From PVC group bacterium (lineage in GTDB: Bacteria; Auribacterota; Erginobacteria; Erginobacterales; Erginobacteraceae): a stretch of DNA of 16,508 bases. The stretch covers positions 1 to 16,508 of the forward strand of contig JAZDIV010000004.1 in assembly GCA_043804695.1 (NCBI GenBank). Reading direction: 5' to 3'. This document shows, one piece after another, positions 7,590 to 14,974 of the stretch; the stretch's first letter is position 1, and each line of letters starts with the position of its first letter. A program made the position numbers and the translations under genes. Under the pieces are notes generated by a model. It was not told the DNA's origin and made no database searches. It saw nothing but the letters and a program-made list of their open reading frames with translations.

Positions 7590-7616
7590 TAAATTTTTTC
7601 CTCCGGAAAAAATTTA
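7590..7616 (-). promoter_or_regulatory. Perfect 12-bp inverted repeat covering the RBS of the 7589 gene
   Basis: Minus strand reads TAAATTTTTTCC-GGA-GGAAAAAATTTA then ATG; GGAGG spans the loop and 3' arm. Confidence 0.6.
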
Positions 7617-7948
7617 GTTTTGAACAAAGACAAAATTAAAGGTCCAGCAGCAAAAAACATATTAATTCTATCTAATTCTCCGGCAAAGAATTGTAGCCGG
7701 AGGTCTCATTCTGGCGGCAGTCTTAAAAAGAATGACAACACGTTGTCCTTCCGGGTTAAACATAACATGAAAGACAGGATGTACAATAATAATAGGTGTA
7801 CTTTTCCCCGCGAAAAAATTAGATTGGGAAACCACGTCAATAATAATATAGAATAAAAAGCAAATATTGGATGATGATGAAAAGGTTTTTTATATACTAT
7901 AGCCTCGGTGGAACCATTATGGCATGAACTGTTGGACGTGAACTAATT

Positions 7949-7963
7949 TCATAATTATTATCA
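7949..7963. promoter_or_regulatory. Candidate Fur/PerR-like 7-1-7 box
   Basis: TCATAAT-T-ATTATCA matches TGATAAT-N-ATTATCA at 13 of 14 positions, 67 bp upstream of the GT9 start; the AT-rich context weakens it. Confidence 0.35.
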
Positions 7964-8030
7964 ATTTCTGTTCATCATAGCAAAATGTAATTAACATATA
8001 AATTCGCGACCGAAGGGAGCTAATTTATAT

Positions 8031-9137
8031 ATGATCAAAAAGGACTGTCGGTATTATCTGGGCGACCGGCCCTGCCGTTTCCACAAGGCGCAAGGGGTGA
8101 AATGCAAAGATTGTTCGCATTACTCTCCCTTCTCCGATAAGATTTTAGTTATCAAGCTGGATGCGGTCGGGGATGTCCTCCGGACGACGTCAATCCTCCC
8201 CGGATTGAAGAAGCAATTCCCCGAGAGTCATCTTACCTGGATAACCGGAGAAGCCTCCCTCCCGGTCTTTATCAACAACCCGTTCGTGGACCGGGTGCTT
8301 CCCCTCCAGCCTGACGGCCTGATCTGCGCCCGGGCGGAAAAATTCCGTCTCTCCATCAATCTTGATACCGCCCCCATGAGCGCGTCCCTGCACGCGCTGG
8401 TCCGGGCCGGGGAGAAGAAAGGGTTCACCCTCGATCGGGATGGACGGGTGTCGGCCTGCGGTCCGTCGGCGGAGGAATGGCTGCGGATGAGCGTCTTTGA
8501 TGATGCGAAGAAGGCGAATCATCGGACCTGCCAGGCCATCATGAGGGAGATCCTTGAGCTTCCGCCGCCGGACGGAGAGATCGTGCTCAACCTTTTACCC
8601 GAAGAACTCCTCCGGGCCCGCCGTTTCGCGGAAGAGAAGGGACTGGGAAAACAGGGGCCGGTGATCGGGTTCAACACCGGCGCCGGCCGGCGCTGGAAAT
8701 GCAAGAAATGGACCGAGGAGGGAACCCTGTCCCTGGCCCGCTTATGCGTGGACCGGCTCGGGGCGACGCTTCTCCTTTACGGCGGTCCCGAGGAAGAAGA
8801 GAGAAACAGGCGGCTGCTGGAGATGGGGGAGGGGATTTTTATCGACACCGGCTGCCGGAATGACCTGCGGACCTTTTTTGCCCTCCTCAGTCTCCCGGAC
8901 CTGGTCGTCACGTCCGATACGCTGGCGCTTCATGCCGCGGGCGGCTTGAAGAAGAAAGTGGTCGCTCTTTTCGGGCCGACCTCCGCCGCCGAGATCGATC
9001 TTTACGGGCGGGGAGAAAAGGTGGTCTCCCCCGTTCCCTGCCGGTGCTGCTACCGGCCCGACTGCGATGTGGTTCCTGATTGCATGGAGAGCATCACCCC
9101 GGAGATGGTCTTCGAGGCAATCCGGAAGCTGCTTTAA
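8031..9137 (+). CDS. Glycosyltransferase family 9 (ADP-heptose:LPS heptosyltransferase-like)
   Basis: KILVIKLDAVGDVLRTT, KQFPESHLTW, KKWTEE, LVVTSDTLALHAA...VALFGPT, C-terminal CxxC...CMESITPEMV. Confidence 0.92.
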   Translation: MIKKDCRYYLGDRPCRFHKAQGVKCKDCSHYSPFSDKILVIKLDAVGDVLRTTSILPGLKKQFPESHLTWITGEASLPVFINNPFVDRVLPLQPDGLICARAEKFRLSINLDTAPMSASLHALVRAGEKKGFTLDRDGRVSACGPSAEEWLRMSVFDDAKKANHRTCQAIMREILELPPPDGEIVLNLLPEELLRARRFAEEKGLGKQGPVIGFNTGAGRRWKCKKWTEEGTLSLARLCVDRLGATLLLYGGPEEEERNRRLLEMGEGIFIDTGCRNDLRTFFALLSLPDLVVTSDTLALHAAGGLKKKVVALFGPTSAAEIDLYGRGEKVVSPVPCRCCYRPDCDVVPDCMESITPEMVFEAIRKLL

Positions 9138-9181
9138 TCGATTTCGGAATTTCAAGTTCTTGATATTTATACAAAGATGTC

Positions 9182-9889
9182 ATGAAGACGGTTGTCATTA
9201 TCCCGACCTATAACGAGGCCGGGAATATCGCTCCGGTTGTCTCCGGACTGCTGGATCTGAAAGAGACGGGGGTCGAGATCCTGGTCGTCGACGATGACTC
9301 CCCCGACGGGACCTCCGGAATCGTTGCCCGTCTGGCGGAGCGAGCCCCCCGGGTTCACCTCCTGTCCCGGTCCGACCGGCGGGGTCGGGGCCGGGCCGGC
9401 CAGGCCGGTTTCCTCTGGGCCCTGGATCACGGGGCGGACTGCATCGGCGAGATGGACGGCGACGGTTCCCACGACCCGGCCTCCCTCCCCCGCTTGCTGG
9501 AGCCGATCCGGCAAAACCGGGCTGATGTGGTCATCGGATCGCGGTTCATTGCCGGCGGGGCGGTGGAGGGGAGGCAGTGGTTCCGCGATCGGATCAGCGG
9601 CCTCGCCCGCGCCTACATCGGGTGGGTGCTCGGGATCCCGGTCAATGATCCCACCTCGGGCTATCGGCTCTTCACCCGGGAGGCCCTGGAGTCGATCGAT
9701 CCCCGGTCTCTGACCGCCCCGGACCCGTTCATCGTAACCGAGGTTTTGTACCGCTGTTACCGGAAGGGGCTCCGGGTAACGGAAGTCCCGATCATTTTCC
9801 GGCAAAGAAAGCTGGGCGTCTCCAAGCTTAATAGCAGGGTTCTGACGGCGTATCTCTTCCGCGTCTGGAAATTAAAATATATAAAGTAG
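9182..9889 (+). CDS. Polyprenol monophosphomannose synthase-like glycosyltransferase (GT2, DPM1-like)
   Basis: VIIPTYNEAGNI, ILVVDDDSPDGT, EMDGDGSHDP, DVVIGSRF, DPTSGYR, EVPIIFRQRKLGVSK. Confidence 0.92.
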   Translation: MKTVVIIPTYNEAGNIAPVVSGLLDLKETGVEILVVDDDSPDGTSGIVARLAERAPRVHLLSRSDRRGRGRAGQAGFLWALDHGADCIGEMDGDGSHDPASLPRLLEPIRQNRADVVIGSRFIAGGAVEGRQWFRDRISGLARAYIGWVLGIPVNDPTSGYRLFTREALESIDPRSLTAPDPFIVTEVLYRCYRKGLRVTEVPIIFRQRKLGVSKLNSRVLTAYLFRVWKLKYIK

Positions 9890-9934
9890 CTCGCTGCGCT
9901 CGCTACTTTATAATGGACCCGACTGCGTCGGGTC
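9880..9934 (+). repeat. Double-hairpin intergenic repeat, copy 1
   Basis: TATAAAGTAGC...GCTACTTTATA (9880-9912) followed by GACCCGAC-TGC-GTCGGGTC (9916-9934); homologous to 15815-15871. Confidence 0.75.
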
Positions 9935-10120
9935 TGTTGGTTAATTAAGATATTTTCACCGAGGCAACAATATACAAAAGCCTTTCCAACATCAGCCAAC
10001 ATTTGTCTTCCGGGATATGATTCTTCTGTTGGCTTAAGGTAACCCACTCTGATTTTTTCGTAGAAAAAATAAGATTATTGATATCCCGAAGCAGCAAGTT
10101 AGCGCCTTCGGCGCAACCTC

Positions 10121-10344
10121 GTAGCGGCGACCTTCAGGTCGCCACAATCTGGCAGCCTAAAGAGGCTGTCCGACAATTGGCATTTTTGCAAATTTCGCGG
10201 TCATTGCGAGGAGCGAAGCAACGAAGCAATCTTAACCAATTGGGATATAGCTTATTCTGATCACGCTTTTAGATCGCTTCGCCCCTCCGGGGCTCGCGAT
10301 GACATTTTGGGGGTTGTCGGACAGCCTCTAAAGGCTGCCGCTAC
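10121..10344. repeat. GTAG REP doublet with a MITE in its second loop
   Basis: GTAGC-GGCGACC-TTCA-GGTCGCC-ACAATCT-GGCAGCC-TAAA-[MITE]-TAAA-GGCTGCC-GCTAC. Confidence 0.8.
10162..10328 (+). mobile_element. MITE copy B with perfect 15-bp TIRs and 4-bp TAAA target duplication
   Basis: GAGGCTGTCCGACAA (10162-10176) / TTGTCGGACAGCCTC (10314-10328); TAAA at 10158-10161 and 10329-10332. Confidence 0.85.
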
Positions 10345-10379
10345 GAGCGTTATTCAAGCCTTCGTGATATATAATCAGT

Positions 10380-10937
10380 TTATAAATTTCTGTACGCTTC
10401 CGGGCCTTCACGGTAGAGGTTGCGGCCGGAGGTATCGACGGCGACGATGACCGGGAAGTCGATCACTTCCAGGCGGAGGACGGCTTCCGGGCCCAGGTCC
10501 CCGTAGGCCGCCACCACCGCCTTCCGGATCTGACGGGAGAGGAGCACCGCCGCCCCGCCGGTGGCGGCAAAATAAACAGCGCTGTGTTTCTTAATGGCCT
10601 CAATGATCTCCGGCCCCCGGTTCCCCTTCCCGATCATCCCTTTCAGTCCCGCTTCCAGGAGGGGGACGGTGTAGGGGTCCAGCCGGCCGGAGGTGGTCGG
10701 GCCGGCGGGGCCGATGACCTCCCCCGGCCGGGCAGGCGCGGGTCCGGTATAATAGATGATCTGGCCGTCGAGATCGATCGGCAGTTTCTTGCCCGCCGCG
10801 ATCAGTCCTATGAAGCGCCGGTGGGCGGCGTCCCGGGCGGTGTAGACCGTTCCCCGGATCAGCACCCGGTCGCCGATCCGGAGAGAGTGCAGATCGCTTT
10901 CCCGCAGGGGAGTCGAGATGGTTACGGTCGTGCTCAT
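10380..10937 (-). CDS. Fe-S hydro-lyase beta subunit (two-subunit class I fumarate hydratase / tartrate dehydratase beta)
   Basis: LRIGDRVLIRGTVYTARDAAHRR, IYYTGPAP, GPAGPTTSGRLD, MIGKGNRG, YFAATGGAA, DLGPEAV, FPVIVAVDTSGRNLY. Confidence 0.95.
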   Translation of the reverse strand: MSTTVTISTPLRESDLHSLRIGDRVLIRGTVYTARDAAHRRFIGLIAAGKKLPIDLDGQIIYYTGPAPARPGEVIGPAGPTTSGRLDPYTVPLLEAGLKGMIGKGNRGPEIIEAIKKHSAVYFAATGGAAVLLSRQIRKAVVAAYGDLGPEAVLRLEVIDFPVIVAVDTSGRNLYREGPEAYRNL

Positions 10938-10991
10938 GGTATGTTATTTATTTCCTCCGGGGTAGATGGGTTCGGCTAATAGGGTCTATCG

Positions 10992-11114
10992 TGTCATTGC
11001 GAGGAACCCCGAAAGCTTTCGGGGCGACGAAGCAATCTCAACGCTTTGTTACCCAAATAGATTATAACTGCACAAATGAGATTGCTTCTCCGCCGGAGGC
11101 GGATCGCAATGACA
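10992..11114. repeat. Free-standing TGTCATTGCGA...TCGCAATGACA palindromic repeat element
   Basis: 11-bp terminal inverted repeat plus inner GAAGCAATCTCA/TGAGATTGCTTC pair; same family as the MITE interiors at 48-216 and 10200-10303. Confidence 0.8.
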
Positions 11115-11326
11115 GATTTTCCTATTCTGCAGAAGTCTTCCGGGGTATGGAGCCAAGAGTATCTCCCCCCCGGTCCGCCGGTCAAGCCGGAAAAACGGCC
11201 GGAGAGTTGCGCCCGAGAAAAAAATATAGTAACTTCGGGCATTCAGTTTACAGTAACGTATCTTCATCTGGTCGAGCGAGCTCGACCACCACAATTTAAT
11301 TTGCGAAGCTGCGGAGTTTCAAAATA

Positions 11327-11394
11327 GTAGTGTGAAGTGTAAGGCGCAGGGTGAAAGTTTTTCCTTACACATTACACCTTACACTTTACACTAC
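11327..11394. repeat. Inverted heptamer array bounded by GTAG/CTAC
   Basis: GTAGTGTGAAGTGTAAGG... versus ...CCTTACACATTACACCTTACACTTTACACTAC; unit NTTACAC. Confidence 0.75.
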
Positions 11395-11423
11395 AAGTTG
11401 CGCCGGAGGCGCTAACTTGTATC

Positions 11424-12587
11424 ATGCCTCTTGTCGTTATCATCTTTTTAAGCCTCTACGCGCTGGCGAGCATCTATCTTTATCGCCGCGTCGCCGCGGC
11501 CCTCCCCCCCTCCCGGGCCCTCCGGTGGGCGGTTGGCTTTATTATCATCTTCCTCTTTTCCGGCTATCTGCTGGCTCATCTCGGGAAGGAATATCTTTCC
11601 CCCGGCGCCTGCAACACGCTGCAGAAAATGGGCTCGTGGTGGATCGGCTTTGTCTTCTACGCGGCGCTCCTCCTCCTTCTCTTCGACCTGCTCCGGCTGA
11701 TCGTCCGGATCTTTCACCTGCCGCCGGCCGGGTTCTGGAGACTGTCGAAAAAAGCCCGGCGCGCGGTCCTGCCGGTCACGGGCGCGGCGGTGATCATCCT
11801 GCTCCTGGCCGGGCACCTCAACGCCCGGACTCTCAGAATAACCGCTATTCAGGTGCCGCTGGGGCCGTCCTGCGGGCCGGTGAAAGAAGTGAACGCGGTC
11901 TTTCTTGCCGATATCCACGCCGGGGTCATGGTCGGCGGGGACTTCCTGTCCGGGATCGTGGATGAGGTGAATAATCTTCAGCCGGACCTGATCCTGCTGG
12001 GCGGTGATGTCGTGGATACGGATGTCCGGGAAGTGGAGAGACTGGGCTGCGGGGAGATCCTTTCCCGCCTGCGCGCGCCCCTCGGAGTTTACGCGGTGAC
12101 CGGCAACCATGAATACCTCTCCGGGGTGGAGGAATCAACCGGCTATCTCTCCGGTCTCGGGATCGTCTTTCTCCGGGACCGGGCGGTCAGGATTGGGGAC
12201 AGTTTTTACCTCGCCGGCCGCGACGACCCTTCACACCGGAGAAAAACGGGACCGGGCAGGAGCCTGCGGGAGATCCTCTCCGGTGTCGATCCGCGGTGCC
12301 CCGTCATCCTGATGGACCACCGGCCGGCCCGGATCAAGGAGGCGGCCGCCGCCGGGGTCGATCTCCTGCTCTGCGGGCATACCCACCACGGCCAGCTCTT
12401 CCCGATCAGCCTGGTCATCGACGCCCTCTACCCGGCGAGCCGGGGTTATGCGCGGGAGGGGAAGACCCGGATCTACGTCACGAGCGGGGCCGGGACCTGG
12501 GGGCCGCCGGTCCGGATCGGAAACCGGCCGGAGATCGTGCACCTGAAGATTACGTTCGGTGACCAGTACACTGATTCCACGGATTAA
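11424..12587 (+). CDS. Membrane-anchored metallophosphoesterase (calcineurin-like, YkuE/YaeI type)
   Basis: About four N-terminal hydrophobic helices; motifs ADIH, LGGDVVD, VTGNHE, LMDH, LCGHTHHGQ, GTWGPPVRIG. Confidence 0.93.
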   Translation: MPLVVIIFLSLYALASIYLYRRVAAALPPSRALRWAVGFIIIFLFSGYLLAHLGKEYLSPGACNTLQKMGSWWIGFVFYAALLLLLFDLLRLIVRIFHLPPAGFWRLSKKARRAVLPVTGAAVIILLLAGHLNARTLRITAIQVPLGPSCGPVKEVNAVFLADIHAGVMVGGDFLSGIVDEVNNLQPDLILLGGDVVDTDVREVERLGCGEILSRLRAPLGVYAVTGNHEYLSGVEESTGYLSGLGIVFLRDRAVRIGDSFYLAGRDDPSHRRKTGPGRSLREILSGVDPRCPVILMDHRPARIKEAAAAGVDLLLCGHTHHGQLFPISLVIDALYPASRGYAREGKTRIYVTSGAGTWGPPVRIGNRPEIVHLKITFGDQYTDSTD

Positions 12588-12674
12588 GAGGGTTGGTACC
12601 CGCCTCTGCCCCTTTTGAGTCCACGAATTACACTAATTAACACGAAAAGCCACCCCCTCGGCCTCTTTAAAATA

Positions 12675-12780
12675 AAATATCGAATACTGAATGTCGAATT
12701 ACGAAATACCCGCGGGGGGTAAGGATTATCCACTTCGATATTAGATGTTCGATATTCTGCGGTTCATTATTCGATTTTCA
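12675..12780. repeat. Degenerate inverted heptamer array (TCGAATA / TATTCGA) between convergent genes
   Basis: AATATCGAATACTGAATGTCGAATTACGAA (to 12705) and TTCGATATTAGATGTTCGATATT...ATTATTCGATTTT (12734-12778). Confidence 0.65.
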
Positions 12781-12782
12781 CA

Positions 12783-13166
12783 TCACCGGTAGTGCCCGGG
12801 GATCCTCCGGCCGTGTTTTCCGTAATGACCGGGGACCCAGTTCCCCTTCCGGGTGGAAACCCAGCGGCCGTCGTGCCATCTGCTGTTTCGCCAGTAGCCC
12901 GCGGCCCAGATCTTCCCGACCGGGGCGGGCCCGACCGGTTTCCAGTAGCCGGCCACCCAGTTTGGTCCATCCAGGCGCCCGTCGATCCAGATGAACCCCG
13001 GTTTGCCGGCCGGGCGCCAGTGCCCCGGGACGACGGTCCCATCGGGCGTCGCGTGCTCGGGGACCCAGACCTGGTCCGCGGCGGCGGCGTCATTGGTCTG
13101 GCCGAAAAGATCAACCAGGCTGACCGCCCACGCTATCGTGCAGATAACGACAAATTTATTTTTCAT
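12783..13166 (-). CDS. Secreted YXWGXW-repeat-like protein
   Basis: GGGAGGG RBS; signal-like MKNKFVVICTIAWAVSL; repeated WVPEH, VVPGHW, WIDGRL, WVAGYW, WAAGYW, WHDGRW, WVPGHY, IPGHY. Confidence 0.85.
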   Translation of the reverse strand: MKNKFVVICTIAWAVSLVDLFGQTNDAAAADQVWVPEHATPDGTVVPGHWRPAGKPGFIWIDGRLDGPNWVAGYWKPVGPAPVGKIWAAGYWRNSRWHDGRWVSTRKGNWVPGHYGKHGRRIPGHYR

Positions 13167-13181
13167 TGTTTTTCCCTCCCT

Positions 13182-13227
13182 TTACCCGGATTATTCATCC
13201 AGTATACGGGATGAATAATCCGGGTAA
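13182..13227. repeat. Perfect 19-bp inverted repeat (possible collapsed IS-end element)
   Basis: TTACCCGGATTATTCATCC-AGTATACG-GGATGAATAATCCGGGTAA; degenerate third arm ATGAATAAATCGGGTTAA at 13253-13270. Confidence 0.7.
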
Positions 13228-13299
13228 TCAATTGTCGTTCAACACCAGATTTATGAATAAATCGGGTTAATAAAGGTATTCATAAGTAAAACAAAATAT

Positions 13300-13324
13300 T
13301 ATAATTTTTACGAAGTAAAAATTA
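13300..13324 (+). promoter_or_regulatory. Candidate -10 box with overlapping palindromic operator for the aminopeptidase gene
   Basis: TATAAT at 13300-13305 overlapped by TAATTTTTAC-GAA-GTAAAAATTA (13302-13324); no convincing -35. Confidence 0.4.
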
Positions 13325-13349
13325 AACGGTAAAAATCAAAAAAGGTTTA

Positions 13350-14444
13350 ATGATGAAAGACAGGAGACAGACAAAGCTGGCCCGGGTCCTGGTTGATTAC
13401 TCGACGGAGGTAAAGAAAGGGGATATCGTGCTGCTGGAATATGCCGACGGCACTCCCATTGAATTCATCCGCGAGATCCAGACCCTCTGCCTGGAGCGGG
13501 GGGCGCGGTATGTGCGGCTGACGTATTCGAACTCCGACCTGGCCTATAACTTCTACCGCCGGGCGAACCGGGAGCAGCTCAGCTACTTTCCGGAGGACGA
13601 GCTCCGGTTCATGAAGAAGGTGAGCGTGTACATCGGCATCGGTTCCCCCCGGAACATCAAGACCCTGAGCTCGATCCCGGGGGAGATATTGGCCGCCCGC
13701 CAGCGGCTCTTCCAGCCGGTCCACGACCGGCGGGTCGAGCACACCCGGTGGGTGATCACCCGGTACCCCACCCACAGCCAGGCCCAGGAAGCGGAGATGA
13801 GCTTCGAGGATTTCGAGGACTTTTATTTCCAGGCCTGCAACGTCGACTGGGGAAAAGTGTCGAAAGAGCTGGAGAAATTAAAGCGGCTGCTGGAAAGAAC
13901 CAAAACCGTCCGTCTTCTGGCGCCGGACACCGATCTCACGTTTTCCATCGCCGGGATGCCGGCCATCAAGTGCGACGGAAAGAGGAACATCCCCGACGGG
14001 GAGGTCTTCACCGCCCCCGTCCGGACTTCAGTGGAAGGGCGTATCCGTTACAACACCCCGTCCCTTTACCAGGGGAAGGTCTTCTCCGGGGTGTATTTCG
14101 AGTTCAAGAAGGGGAAGATCGTGCGCGCCGCCGCCGAAAGGGGCGGGGAGCACCTGGAGAGCGTGCTCAACACCGATTAAGGGGCCCGTTACACCGGGGA
14201 GTTCGCCTTCGGACTGAACAGGAAGATCCGCCGCCCGATACTCTCCACCCTCTTTGACGAAAAGATCGCCGGCTCCATCCACCTGACCCCCGGCAAGCCG
14301 TACGGCGAGTGCGATAACGGAAACCGCTCCGCCATCCACTGGGACCTGGTCCGGATCATGAAGGACGGGGAGATCTACCTGGATGGGAAGCTCGCCCAGC
14401 GTCACGGAAAGTTCGTTTTGCCATTATTAAAGCCGCTTAATTAA
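13350..14444 (+). pseudogene. M29 (AmpS/AmpT-type) aminopeptidase with one in-frame TAA at 14178-14180
   Basis: KLARVLVDYS, RWVITRYPT..AQEAEMS, NIPDGEVFTAP; after the TAA the same frame continues GARYTGEFAFGLN...LFDEKIAGSIHLTPG...NRSAIHWDLV...KPLN-stop (14442-14444), 364 codons in total. Confidence 0.88.
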
Positions 14445-14501
14445 TGTCGGTATTTTTCCGCCAGGTGCCGTGCCTGATACAGGGGAAGTACGTGCTCTCA
14501 T

Positions 14502-14537
14502 CCGACTGATTGGTCTGATCCGACCGATCGGTCTGAT
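14502..14537. repeat. Four tandem degenerate 9-mers between convergent genes
   Basis: CCGACTGAT TGGTCTGAT CCGACCGAT CGGTCTGAT (18-bp higher-order period). Confidence 0.7.
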
Positions 14538-14596
14538 TTTCCCGCCTCACCGGCCAGCGGCGCCGGCGCAGGAAATCCTGGTAATCGAGGAGTGGT

Positions 14597-14917
14597 TCAG
14601 CTCACCGGCGCGCCCGGGGCTATTTTTCGATCCAGCGTCACCAGGGAGAGGGCATCCCCGTCCTGGGCCGCCAGGATCATGCCCCGGCTCTCCACTCCCC
14701 GGATCACTGCCGGTTCCAGGTTCTCGACCACCACCAGCTGCTTGCCGAGCAGTTCCCCGGGGGTGTAGTATTTTTTAATCCCGGCCACCAGTGTCCGCTC
14801 CTCGCCGCCGAGGTCGACCGTGAGCAGGTAAAGCCGGTCCGCCCCGGGATGGTCTTCCACGCGCCGGACAGTGGCGGCGATCAGGTTGAGCTTTTTAAAA
14901 TCGTCGAAGGTGATCAT
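14597..14917 (-). CDS. Stand-alone tRNA-binding OB-fold protein (MetRS beta subunit / Trbp111 / CsaA family)
   Basis: MITFDDFKKLNL, HPGADRLYLLTVDLGGEERTLVAGI, VVENLEPAVIRGVESRGMILAA; AAGGAGG RBS supports the ATG at 14917 rather than 14947. Confidence 0.93.
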   Translation of the reverse strand: MITFDDFKKLNLIAATVRRVEDHPGADRLYLLTVDLGGEERTLVAGIKKYYTPGELLGKQLVVVENLEPAVIRGVESRGMILAAQDGDALSLVTLDRKIAPGAPVS

Positions 14918-14974
14918 AAACTTTTCCTCCTTTTCGACTGGATGCACTGCGAAGAAAATAGTATTGAGGTTGGC

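Noticed and set aside
7620..7856. 78-aa ORF in the AT-rich spacer
   Set aside because: TTG start, no RBS, composition unlike the other genes.
10992..11260. Riboswitch or tRNA upstream of the hydro-lyase gene
   Set aside because: The structure is explained by the GTCATTGCGA repeat family; no riboswitch consensus or tRNA T-loop/cloverleaf recognised.
10078..11327. Short ORFs 10078-10260, 10991-11299, 10994-11242, 11049-11294, 11076-11327
   Set aside because: They are translations of the palindromic repeat elements (e.g. SLRGAKQRSNL, SLRGTPKAFGATKQS), not genes.
14178..14180. Stop-codon reassignment (TAA as sense) to explain the aminopeptidase
   Set aside because: TAA terminates several intact genes here at expected family lengths (9137, 12587, 15796, 16400).
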